This document shows, one piece after another, positions 1 through 7,699 of a stretch of DNA of 24,000 nucleotides (its first letter is position 1; each line of letters starts with the position of its first letter). The stretch is from Amycolatopsis sp. CA-230715 (GTDB taxonomy: Bacteria; Actinomycetota; Actinomycetes; Mycobacteriales; Pseudonocardiaceae): positions 1,429,149 to 1,453,148 of the forward strand of contig NZ_CP059997.1 of NCBI RefSeq assembly GCF_018736145.1, written 5' to 3'. The notes under the pieces are model-generated. The model was not told the origin of the DNA, made no database searches, and saw only the letters and a list, made by a program, of their open reading frames with translations. Made by a program: the position numbers and the translations under genes.

Positions 1-13
1 CCGATTGCACCAC
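1..13 (-). CDS. possible 5-prime end of the next 2-oxoacid:ferredoxin oxidoreductase subunit (beta/TPP subunit expected); runs off the window
   Basis: The reverse complement of 1-23 reads TGA GGAAACC GTG GTG CAA TCG G. This gives an SD-like GAGGAA overlapping the alpha-subunit stop, then a GTG 4 nt later. Operon logic predicts a beta subunit here, but only about 4 codons are visible. Confidence 0.25.
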
Positions 14-20
14 GGTTTCC

Positions 21-1268
21 TCACCCGATCCTCGAAGCGACGGCGCCGAGGTCCCGGAGGATGTTCTCGGCACTCGGCCCGGAACGCCGCGTGGTGGCCA
101 GCCGTTCGAGCTCGCGGTCGATGAGTCCCCGGTTCAGGTCGAGGAACGTCAACGGTGCCAGCTCGTCCGCCGCCGCGGCGATGAACAGTTCGGCCAACGA
201 CTTCTTCGTGATCGCCCGGCCGCCGAGACCGGCGACGACCGCGTAGCTCCGGATACCGGGTGCCGACGTCGCGACGTTCCGCGAGACGATCCCGCCAACG
301 CCCGGTTCGAACGCCCGCTCGATCACCACGAGTCGCGTGGCGTGCGCGGTGGCCGCGGCGATCGCGTCCGCGGGGAACGGCCGGAAGCAGGTGATGCCCA
401 GTACCCCGATCCGGACTCCCGCTTCGCGCAGTTCGTCGACAGTGTCCTTGACGGTGCCGAGCACCGAGCCGAGCGCGATCACCACCGTCTCGGCGTCCTC
501 GCTCCGGTAAGCGCGGACGAGCCCGCCGGAATTGCGGCCGAACGACTCCGCGAACCGGTCCGAGACCTCGGGCACCACGTCCAAAGCGGACAGTTGCCTG
601 GCGTGCGCGAGGTACCGCACCTCCGTGAACGCCTCCGGCCCCACCATCGCGCCGATGGACGCCGGTGCGTCCGGATCGACCACCTGGCGCGGCGCGTACG
701 GCGGGAGGAACGCGTCCACCTCGTCCTGCGTAAGCAGGTCGACCCGTTCCCAAGCGTGGGTGAGCACGAACCCGTCCAGGCACACCATGACCGGCGTCGA
801 CAGCTCCTCCGCGATCCGGAACGCCTGCACGTGCAGATCCGCGGCTTCCTGGTTCGTCTCGGCGTGGAGCTGGATCCAGCCGGAGTCGCGCAGTGCCATG
901 CTGTCGCTGTGGTCGTTCCAGATGTTGATCGGCGCGCCGATCGCCCGGTTGGCCACGGTCATCACGACCGGCAACCCGAGGCCAGCGGCGTTGAAAACCG
1001 CTTCCGCCATGTACAGCAGTCCCTGGCTGGCCGTCGCGGTGTAAGCCCTCGCGCCCGCCGCGGAGGCCCCGATAGCCACGGACATGGCGGCGAACTCCGA
1101 CTCGACGTTGACGAACTCGCACGGCGTCAGCACCTCGGCCCGCACCAGCTCGGCGAGACCTTCGACGATGTGCGTCTGCGGCGAGATCGGGTAGGCGCAA
1201 ACCACCTCGGGGCGGCACAGCCCGACCGTCTCGGCGACCGCGCGCGAACCTTCAATCTGCCTGAGCAC
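21..1268 (-). CDS. porA: 2-oxoacid (pyruvate-type):ferredoxin oxidoreductase, alpha subunit
   Basis: 415-aa ORF. The N-terminus MLRQIEGSRAVAETV..VVCAYPISPQTHIVE and the stretch GASAAGARAYTATASQGLLYMAEA are typical of PorA/KorA-type alpha subunits. The GTG start at 1268 is preceded by GGGAGGAG. It overlaps the gamma gene by 17 nt. Substrate specificity cannot be read from the sequence. Confidence 0.9.
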   Translation of the reverse strand: MLRQIEGSRAVAETVGLCRPEVVCAYPISPQTHIVEGLAELVRAEVLTPCEFVNVESEFAAMSVAIGASAAGARAYTATASQGLLYMAEAVFNAAGLGLPVVMTVANRAIGAPINIWNDHSDSMALRDSGWIQLHAETNQEAADLHVQAFRIAEELSTPVMVCLDGFVLTHAWERVDLLTQDEVDAFLPPYAPRQVVDPDAPASIGAMVGPEAFTEVRYLAHARQLSALDVVPEVSDRFAESFGRNSGGLVRAYRSEDAETVVIALGSVLGTVKDTVDELREAGVRIGVLGITCFRPFPADAIAAATAHATRLVVIERAFEPGVGGIVSRNVATSAPGIRSYAVVAGLGGRAITKKSLAELFIAAAADELAPLTFLDLNRGLIDRELERLATTRRSGPSAENILRDLGAVASRIG

Positions 1269-1842
1269 CGGTCAGCTCCTCCCGTGCCGCCACCACGAAG
1301 TCGAAAGCCGCGGTGGCCGCTGCCACGTTCCCTTCGGCCAGTTCGCCGGCGAACCGCTCCTCGATGGCCGAGACGACCGACCGGAGGCGGACGAGACCGG
1401 TGAGCGCCGCGAACCCGCCCAGCAGCGCGGCATTCGGCACCGGGCGGCCGATCCGGGACAGCGACAGCTCGGTCGCGGGCACCATCGCCAGCCGATCGGG
1501 GCGGAGGCCGCGGGCGACCTCGCCGAACCCCAGTTCCTCCGGCGTCCGCGCCGCGTTGACGAGCAGGTAACCGCCGGAGCCGAACCCTTCGAAGAGCGCG
1601 ACCTGGTGCAGCAGGGTCGCGTCCTGCACGATCATCGCGTCCGGCCGGACCACCGGCTCCCTGGTCCGGATCGCGCTGTCACCGACGCGGACGAAGGCGA
1701 CCACCGGCGCACCGGTCCGCTCCGAGCCGAAACTGGGGAACGCCTGCGCGTGCCGCCCCTCGGCGAACGCGGCCATGGAGAGCAGCTGCGCGGCCGTGAC
1801 GACTCCTTGCCCGCCACGGCCGTGGATCCGCACCTCGAACAT
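1252..1842 (-). CDS. porG: 2-oxoacid:ferredoxin oxidoreductase, gamma subunit
   Basis: 196 aa, starting MFEVRIHGRGGQGVVTAAQLL, which is the gamma-subunit GRGGQG signature. The ATG at 1842 lies 1 nt after the aldolase stop (TGAGATG). Confidence 0.9.
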   Translation of the reverse strand: MFEVRIHGRGGQGVVTAAQLLSMAAFAEGRHAQAFPSFGSERTGAPVVAFVRVGDSAIRTREPVVRPDAMIVQDATLLHQVALFEGFGSGGYLLVNAARTPEELGFGEVARGLRPDRLAMVPATELSLSRIGRPVPNAALLGGFAALTGLVRLRSVVSAIEERFAGELAEGNVAAATAAFDFVVAAREELTGAQAD

Positions 1843-1843
1843 C

Positions 1844-2737
1844 TCAGGTGCTCGGATGCTTGGCGAGGATCTCCCGCAAGGCGGCTACGAACCTCAGCGA
1901 CTCGTCGTGGTCGCGTTGCCAGACGTTGCGGCCGAAGATCAACCCGGTGGCACCGGCCTCCATCGACTCGCGGGCCTTCTCCAGCATGGCCTCGTCGCCC
2001 GCCCTTCCCCCGCCCGACACGAGCAGCAGGGTCCGGCCCGCCGACCGGACCACGGCGTCGATCGCCTGCTGCGAGGTGAACTCACCCGAGTAGCTTTCCG
2101 GCACACCCGTGTTCTTGTCCGGGTGCGGGAAGTTCACCTTCACCACGTCGGCACCGAGTTCGGCGGCGGTCCTCGCCGCGTAGTCGACGGCGTAGAACGA
2201 ATCCCGGCCACCCTTGGCCTCGATCGCCGAGCCGCGCGGGTACGCCCACACGATCAGGGGCATCCCCAGTCGTTGCGCGTCCGTGCGGACTTGGCGGTAC
2301 TGCGCGAAGTCCCGTTCCTGCGCGGGCGTTCCCACGTACAGGGTGTAGCCGACGGCGTCGGCGCCGAGCCGCACGGCGTCTTCGACACTCCCGTGCAACG
2401 GCGACAACGCGTCCGCGTCCGACGGGATCTCGGTCTTGCCGTTCAGCTTCAGCACCAGCGGCAGTTCGCCCGCGTACTCCCAGTAGAACTTCTCCGCCAG
2501 TCCGATTTGGACCACGACACCGTTGAACCCGCCTTCGACCGCCAGCCGCAGGACGTATTTCGGGTCCCCGGCGGGCGGGTTCGCGAAGAAGTCCCGTGGA
2601 CCGTGTTCGAGCCCTTGGTCGTAGGGCAGGAAGAACGCGGTGCCGTTACCGAGCCCGTGCTGGTGCAGGATCCGGTGCAGCCTGGTCTTCTTGCCGGTGG
2701 TCAAGCCGAGTTCGGCGAGAGCTGGACGCGGCACCAT
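1844..2737 (-). CDS. class I fructose-bisphosphate aldolase family protein (DhnA/FbaB/LsrF type)
   Basis: Motifs FFLPYDQGLEHGP, PLVLKLNG, GADAVGYTLYVG, ADVVKVNFP (Schiff-base Lys context) and GLIFGRNVWQ. I place the start at ATG 2737 (MVPRPAL..) because GGAGG lies 6 nt upstream. The track start at 2782 has no SD. Confidence 0.85.
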   Translation of the reverse strand: MVPRPALAELGLTTGKKTRLHRILHQHGLGNGTAFFLPYDQGLEHGPRDFFANPPAGDPKYVLRLAVEGGFNGVVVQIGLAEKFYWEYAGELPLVLKLNGKTEIPSDADALSPLHGSVEDAVRLGADAVGYTLYVGTPAQERDFAQYRQVRTDAQRLGMPLIVWAYPRGSAIEAKGGRDSFYAVDYAARTAAELGADVVKVNFPHPDKNTGVPESYSGEFTSQQAIDAVVRSAGRTLLLVSGGGRAGDEAMLEKARESMEAGATGLIFGRNVWQRDHDESLRFVAALREILAKHPST

Positions 2738-2860
2738 GGTTCGCCTCCACGTGTAGTGGCTGGGTTTACCGAAAGCCAACACCCGCGCGGCGCTGCGGCG
2801 CCGCGGCCGAACGCCACCGGCGACGGCGACGTGCGTACCCGATCCCGGTGACCAATGCCC

Positions 2861-4684
2861 CTACTGCCACCGGCGGCGTGGATTTTCCGACGGGCACTTC
2901 CCGGCCGCGTGGTCCGGGTGCCAGGAACGCAGAGACCGCAGCAACGGGTTCTTCTTGTAGTGGTGCCCGGACATCCGGTGCAGAACGTCGGCGAGCACGG
3001 ACACCGCGTCCGCGACGAACGGACCCTTGTTGAGCATCACGCACTCCGCCCGCTCGCTCATCGCCGCGTCGGTGATCTCCGCGCGAGAGGGCTGTCCCTC
3101 CTTGGCGAGCTGTTCGAGCACCTGCGTCGCCCAGATCACCGGAAGGTGCGCCGCTTCGCACAGCCACAGGATTTCCTCCTGCAATTCCGCCATCCGCTCG
3201 TAACCGCATTCCACGGCCAAGTCGCCGCGGGCGATCATCACGCCGACCCGAGGCCATCGCATGGCGGTCAGCAACACCTGCGGCAAGTTCTGGAAGGCCC
3301 GTTTCGTCTCGATCTTGAGCACCACGCCGAGCCGCGTGGCACCGAGCCCGGTGAGCTCGTTCAGCAATCGCTCGACGTCCTCAGGACCGCGCAGGAACGA
3401 CAACCCGACCGCGTCGGCGACTTCCGAAACGACGGTGAGGTCCTCCAGGTCCTTCGCCGTCAGCGCGGACACCGGCAACCGCGTGTCCGGCAGGTTGATG
3501 CCCTTGTCGGCACCGAGCCTCGCTCTACCGGTCTTGGTCCGGACCACCCGTACCCGCAGCGAATCCCGCTGGCGGCCGACCACCACACCGCTCACTTTGC
3601 CGTCGTCGAACAGCACCTGGTCTCGGATGTGAGCATGCTCGAACACCTCGGGCAGCGTGCACCCGATCCGCGGACTCCCCGGCACGACTGGGAGCGGCGA
3701 GCAGTCCGGCACCAGTTCGAGGACGTCGCCGGGACGCAGCAGCAGGCTCTGTCGCGCGGGCGGAACCGCGCCGACGACACCGCCGGAGCCCAGAACGCAC
3801 CCGGTGGCCAGGTAGGTGGTGCGCTCGCTGCTCACCACCGCGCCGCCCTCGGCGAGCGCCACGGTCATCGTGCGGCGCCTGCCGCGCGCGTCCCGCACGG
3901 ACAGCTGCTCGCCATCCTGGCGGGCGCCGAGCCACGCCGCGGGAACGGGGATCGGCACGAGCCCCGGTTCGGGTGCCGCGACCGGGTGCTCGGCCGAGGT
4001 CAGCCAGCCGCGCGCCGGTACCCGGACATGACCGAGGGCGTCCTTCTCCGCGCGGAGCCTGACCACCCTCGGCCCCGGCTCCAACGCGCCGGTGCGCAGT
4101 TTCGGCCCCGCCAGGTCCAGCACGATCCGGCACGGCCGCCCCGCCTCGGCCGCCGCCGTGCGCACGTGCCGCGCCACCGCCCGCCACACCGCGGGATCGT
4201 CGTGCGCGCAGTTGATCCGGGCAACGTCCATGCCCTGCCGGATCAACAGGCGCACCAGACCGAGGTCTTCCGCGGCCGTGCCCGGCAGTGTGACCATGAT
4301 CCTCGCCCGGTGCGTCGGCGGCGCCGGGCCGAGCAGATCCGCCGCACGGCGCCGCAAAACCCGCGTACCGCGTCCCGCCACCGCCGGGTTCGGCGGATGC
4401 CACGCATCACCGGCGAGCGCCCTCACCGCCGCCGCGACCGTCCGCAGCGTGTCTTCCACGTGGGACTCGCTGCGCCCCAGTGACGACAGCCCGACCCCGG
4501 CCAGCCTGCCTTGCAGATCCCGGAGATCGTGCTGCCGAAGGGCCCAGTAGTGCACGAGGTTGCGCGCGCTCTCCCGCTGCCCGGCGTCTACGGACGCCAG
4601 CCACGGCGCCCACCGGGCCTCCGCGGCCGATAGCGATTCCAGCAGTCCGTCCACTTCGGCGCGCATCCGTGACAACGTGTCCAC
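2861..4684 (-). CDS. atypical pyruvate kinase-like protein: PK catalytic barrel with an N-terminal helical extension, an enlarged inserted domain and no C-terminal allosteric domain
   Basis: PK-like motifs in order: RIMVTLPG..MDVARINCAHD, VLDLAGPKLRTG, KGINLPDT..LTAKDLEDL, VVLKIETKRAF, VMIARGDLAVECG, PVIWATQVLEQL..PSRAEITDAA, AECVMLNKG. The start is uncertain: GTG 4684 (AAGGAGAGG 9 nt upstream), ATG 4666 or ATG 4732. Confidence 0.8.
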   Translation of the reverse strand: MDTLSRMRAEVDGLLESLSAAEARWAPWLASVDAGQRESARNLVHYWALRQHDLRDLQGRLAGVGLSSLGRSESHVEDTLRTVAAAVRALAGDAWHPPNPAVAGRGTRVLRRRAADLLGPAPPTHRARIMVTLPGTAAEDLGLVRLLIRQGMDVARINCAHDDPAVWRAVARHVRTAAAEAGRPCRIVLDLAGPKLRTGALEPGPRVVRLRAEKDALGHVRVPARGWLTSAEHPVAAPEPGLVPIPVPAAWLGARQDGEQLSVRDARGRRRTMTVALAEGGAVVSSERTTYLATGCVLGSGGVVGAVPPARQSLLLRPGDVLELVPDCSPLPVVPGSPRIGCTLPEVFEHAHIRDQVLFDDGKVSGVVVGRQRDSLRVRVVRTKTGRARLGADKGINLPDTRLPVSALTAKDLEDLTVVSEVADAVGLSFLRGPEDVERLLNELTGLGATRLGVVLKIETKRAFQNLPQVLLTAMRWPRVGVMIARGDLAVECGYERMAELQEEILWLCEAAHLPVIWATQVLEQLAKEGQPSRAEITDAAMSERAECVMLNKGPFVADAVSVLADVLHRMSGHHYKKNPLLRSLRSWHPDHAAGKCPSENPRRRWQ

Positions 4685-4742
4685 CTGACCGCACCTCTCC
4701 TTCCGTTCGACCGCGGAATCGCGGTGGGGCAAGCGGAAGCGC

Positions 4743-5207
4743 TCAAGTCACCCGCACACCGCTGAGCACGATCCAGATCCCGGCCTGGCCGAGCTTCGCG
4801 GGCTGCCCGAGTTGCAGGACCAGCTTGGTCCCGGTCACGGGATCGGTGACCTCGGCGGTGTGCGGATCCGCCATCGCGACCGACGGACCGGTCCAGCCGA
4901 ACCGGATTTCCACGAACGCACGGGCGACCTGCGCCGGATCGAGGCGCCACGGCTGATGACCGGCGTCCACAGTGGACTGGAGCGCCGCCACCTGTGCCGG
5001 GGTGAACTCCTCTCCGCCGAACTTGCCGGGCACCGGTGTCACGGTGGTCGTCGGCCGCGGTGCCGTGCTCTGCGAGGGCGTCGGCGCAGGGGCCTGGGCC
5101 GGATGGTCGTCCTGGCGCGCCAGTACGACGACGACCGTCATGCCCACCGCCACGACGAGCACGGCGAGCACCACCAGCCAGCGGCGCCGCGTTCCGGAGG
5201 AAGCCAT
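4743..5207 (-). CDS. membrane-anchored or secreted hypothetical protein
   Basis: 154 aa. It has an N-terminal RRRW plus hydrophobic span LVVLAVLVVAVGMTVVVVLA, a Pro/Thr-rich linker, and a C-terminal domain of about 90 aa from no family I recognise. AAGGAG lies 6 nt before the ATG. G/C third positions are strong. Confidence 0.7.
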   Translation of the reverse strand: MASSGTRRRWLVVLAVLVVAVGMTVVVVLARQDDHPAQAPAPTPSQSTAPRPTTTVTPVPGKFGGEEFTPAQVAALQSTVDAGHQPWRLDPAQVARAFVEIRFGWTGPSVAMADPHTAEVTDPVTGTKLVLQLGQPAKLGQAGIWIVLSGVRVT

Positions 5208-5226
5208 GGCGCATCTCCTTTCGAAT

Positions 5227-5257
5227 CCGGTGGCGCGCCCGCGGCATCCGCCACCGG
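5227..5257 (-). terminator. GC-rich hairpin between the DUF2267 gene and the membrane-protein gene
   Basis: CCGGTGGCG (5227-5235) pairs perfectly with CGCCACCGG (5249-5257) around a 13-nt loop. No U-tract follows on the minus strand, so it may be a processing or attenuating structure rather than a terminator. Confidence 0.3.
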
Positions 5258-5258
5258 G

Positions 5259-5885
5259 TCACCGAGAACGCGTCGAACCACCAGCGGCGAGCAGGAGGCG
5301 ATGTGCCGCTTTCGCGGCCTTCGCGACGTGTTCGTCGAGCGGCTCGTCCATCGGTGACCCCGCGATGCCCCCGGCCAGTTCCGTCACGGCCTCGTACAAG
5401 CGCGTGACACTCGCTTCCAGGTCGGCGAGGCGCGTGTCGTCCAGGTGTTCGTCGCGCACCGCGGGCTGGCCGGTGAGCTTGGCCCGCACGGAAGCGGGGA
5501 AGACCGCCAGTGCGTGGCCGAGCTGGCCAGGGGAAAACCGGTCGCCGAGCGCGGTGGTCACCGCGACCGCGACCCGGTCCACATCACCGATTTCGATGTC
5601 CGCCTCGATCGCGAACCGCCGCTGGAACTCCTCGCCGTCGAACTCGGCAGGCACCCGGTTCGGCCGCCAGCCCTCGAAGTAGAGACCACGCAGGAGGGTC
5701 GGGAGCTGAGCGGCGAGGTGCGCGGCGGAATGCACGCTCAACCGGTCGCGGACCACGTGGAGCCATGCCCGCAGCGCGCGGTAGGCGAAGTCGCGGTCCT
5801 CGGTGCCCAGTTCGGTGCGCACCTGGCCCAGCCAGTCACGAGCGGTCCGTTCTGCTTGCGCGATCGCGTCCTGTCGGTGTGGCAT
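5259..5885 (-). CDS. DUF2267-like protein
   Basis: MPHRQDAIAQAERTARDWLGQV..AYRALRAWLHVVRDRLSVHSAAHLAAQLPTLLRGLYFEGW resembles the DUF2267 helical repeat. ATG 5885 has GAGGAG 5 nt upstream. The longer track ORF (to 6038) adds an Arg/Pro-rich tail with no SD. Confidence 0.7.
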   Translation of the reverse strand: MPHRQDAIAQAERTARDWLGQVRTELGTEDRDFAYRALRAWLHVVRDRLSVHSAAHLAAQLPTLLRGLYFEGWRPNRVPAEFDGEEFQRRFAIEADIEIGDVDRVAVAVTTALGDRFSPGQLGHALAVFPASVRAKLTGQPAVRDEHLDDTRLADLEASVTRLYEAVTELAGGIAGSPMDEPLDEHVAKAAKAAHRLLLAAGGSTRSR

Positions 5886-5968
5886 GTCGTCTCCTCGCCG
5901 CCAGACTCGTTCCTGGCTCCAGGGTCGACCGCGCGCCCGGCGGCAGGAAGGGCTCTTCGGGAGCGGGG

Positions 5969-5988
5969 CCGGGGACCTTCGTCCATTC
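5969..5988. promoter_or_regulatory. DosR/DevR-box-like palindrome in the divergent promoter region
   Basis: ccgGGGACcttcGTCCattc compared with the M. tuberculosis consensus TTSGGGACTWWAGTCCCSAA. It matches 12/20 by eye with the GGGAC-N4-GTCC geometry intact. It lies between divergent starts 5885(-) and 6093(+). Confidence 0.5.
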
Positions 5989-6092
5989 ACGCCACGACCG
6001 GTGGGCCGAGACGCATCCGGTGGTTCCTTCGTCGCCACCGCGAAGGACCGAATGCCCTACCCGCCGCTACCGGAAGATCGAAGACTCGTTCC

Positions 6093-7340
6093 GTGACCAA
6101 GCGAATCGTGATACTCGGCGGCGGCACCGGCGGCACGGTGGCCGCGAACCGGCTCCGGCGGTCCCTCGGCGGCGGTGCGCACATCACCGTCGTCGACCGC
6201 GACGACGACCACGTCTACCAGCCAGGGCTCCTGTTCGTGCCGTTCGGCCTGGCGGACCCGGAGGACCTCGTACGGTCGCGGCCCCGTCAGCTGCACGACG
6301 GCATCCGCTACCACCGCAGCGACGTGGAACGGGTCGAGGTCGACAAGGAGCTGGTGCACCTCCACGACGGCGCGGTGCTGCCGTACGACGTCCTCGTGAT
6401 CGCCACCGGCGCGCGCCTGATGCCCGAAGAGACCGAAGGGCTCACCGGCGAGGGGTGGCACGAGACCGTGCACACCTTCTACGACCTCGACGGCGCGATG
6501 GCGCTGGGATCCGCGTTGACCGGGTTCACCGAGGGCAGGCTCGTGGTCAACGTGGTCGACCTGCCGATCAAATGTCCCGTGGCACCGCTGGAGTTCTGCT
6601 TCCTCGCCGACTGGTACCTCCGCGAACGCGGTGTCCGCGACGACGTCCAGCTCGTCTACGCCACACCGCTCGACGGCGCGTTCACGAAACCCGTCGCCGC
6701 CCGCACCCTTTCGGGACTGCTGACGGAAAAAGGCATCGAACTGGTGACGGAGTTCACCACCGGCGAGGTCGACGGCGCGGGTAAGCGCCTGGTTTCCTAC
6801 GACGGCCGCGAGCTCGCCTTCGACCTCGCCGTGGTGGTCCCCCCGCACGGCGGCGCGTCCTATGTGGACCGTTCGCCGGGGCTGGGCGACGAGTTCGGTT
6901 TCGTGCCCGCCGACCCGCGGACCTTGCGGGCCAAGGCGCACCCGAACGTCTTCGTCATCGGTGACGCCGCGGCGCTGCCCACGTCGAAGGCCGGTTCGGT
7001 GACCCATTTCGAGGGTGAAGTGCTCGCTCGCAACATCGTCAGCTTCCTGGGCGGGGACGAGCTGGACGGCGAATTCGACGGGCACACGAACTGCTTCATC
7101 GAAAGCGGCTTCGGCAAAGCGCTGCTCATCGACTTCAACTACGACACCGAGCCGCTTCCGGGTCACTTCCCCGCCCCGATCGGCCTGCCGCTGCTCAAGG
7201 AGTCGCGGCTCAACCACCTCGGCAAGCTGATGTTCGCCTGGTGGTACTGGCACGGTCTCCTTCCCGGACGCGACATTCCCGGTGTCTCCGCGTCGATGCC
7301 CCACAGCGGCAAGCACTTTCCCACCACCGCGGACACCTGA
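6093..7340 (+). CDS. FAD-dependent pyridine nucleotide-disulfide oxidoreductase, sulfide:quinone oxidoreductase-like
   Basis: Rossmann motif at the N-terminus (VTKRIVILGGGTGGTVAANRL). Also HVYQPGLLFVP, LPIKCPVAPLEF (SQR-type Cys context), VFVIGDAA and GHTNCFIESG. GTG 6093 is chosen because it sits directly before the GxGxxG motif. The track ORF upstream of it is antisense to the DUF2267 gene. Confidence 0.8.
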   Translation: MTKRIVILGGGTGGTVAANRLRRSLGGGAHITVVDRDDDHVYQPGLLFVPFGLADPEDLVRSRPRQLHDGIRYHRSDVERVEVDKELVHLHDGAVLPYDVLVIATGARLMPEETEGLTGEGWHETVHTFYDLDGAMALGSALTGFTEGRLVVNVVDLPIKCPVAPLEFCFLADWYLRERGVRDDVQLVYATPLDGAFTKPVAARTLSGLLTEKGIELVTEFTTGEVDGAGKRLVSYDGRELAFDLAVVVPPHGGASYVDRSPGLGDEFGFVPADPRTLRAKAHPNVFVIGDAAALPTSKAGSVTHFEGEVLARNIVSFLGGDELDGEFDGHTNCFIESGFGKALLIDFNYDTEPLPGHFPAPIGLPLLKESRLNHLGKLMFAWWYWHGLLPGRDIPGVSASMPHSGKHFPTTADT

Positions 7341-7360
7341 GCCACGAGGAGGAACATCCC

Positions 7361-7678
7361 ATGTCGACCGCTACCTACGCGGGTACCGAAGTCACCGTCA
7401 ACGAAGAAGGCTTCTTCACCGATCCCGCCGCCTGGACCGAGGCGATGGCACCGGAAATCGCCGACGAGGCCGGTATCGCCGAACTCACCGACCAGCACTG
7501 GCAGGTCATCAGGCACGTTCGCCACGAATATACGGAAAAGGGCTCAGGGCCGACCGTTCGGGCATTGGGAAAAACCTCCGGCGTCGGAGTGAAACAGCTC
7601 TACGAACTGTTCCCGAAAGGCCCGGCGAAGCTGGCGGCGAAGATCGCCGGTATCCCGAAGCCACGCGGCTGCATCTGA
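7361..7678 (+). CDS. TusE/DsrC/DsvC-family sulfur relay protein (single C-terminal Cys)
   Basis: The C-terminus [26 protein letters not shown] closely matches the E. coli TusE tail as I remember it ([26 protein letters not shown]). GAGGAGGAA lies upstream of ATG 7361. Confidence 0.9.
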   Translation: [105 protein letters not shown]

Positions 7679-7699
7679 GCCGGAAAAGGAGAAGACATC

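Noticed and set aside
342-1403. Long plus-strand ORFs (342-1403 and 532-1044) opposite the porA-like gene
   Set aside because: Their composition is Arg/Pro/Gly/His-rich and low in complexity, and no family motif is visible. They are exactly antisense to a gene with clear PorA motifs. This is the typical shadow-ORF pattern of GC-rich DNA.
2786-2805. CGCGGCGC-tgcg-GCGCCGCG hairpin between the PK-like and aldolase genes
   Set aside because: It is only an 8-bp all-GC stem with no U-tract, and such palindromes are frequent in this composition. It is insufficient to call a terminator or attenuator, though it could modulate read-through.
2855-4483. 542-aa plus-strand ORF, and nested minus-strand ORFs (for example 3525-4403), over the PK-like gene
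   Set aside because: These are antisense or out-of-frame shadows with extreme Arg/Pro/Gly content. The PK motifs are present only in the 2861-4732 minus frame.
5445-6092. Upstream 216 codons of the 631-aa ORF containing the SQR-like gene
   Set aside because: This part is antisense to the DUF2267 gene and has no recognisable motifs. The Rossmann GxGxxG that normally sits at the N-terminus begins right after GTG 6093.
6057-7316. 419-aa minus-strand ORF and other ORFs overlapping the SQR-like gene
   Set aside because: It is a shadow of a gene with clear flavoprotein motifs, and its sequence is an acidic/Arg-rich repeat-like stretch with no family resemblance.
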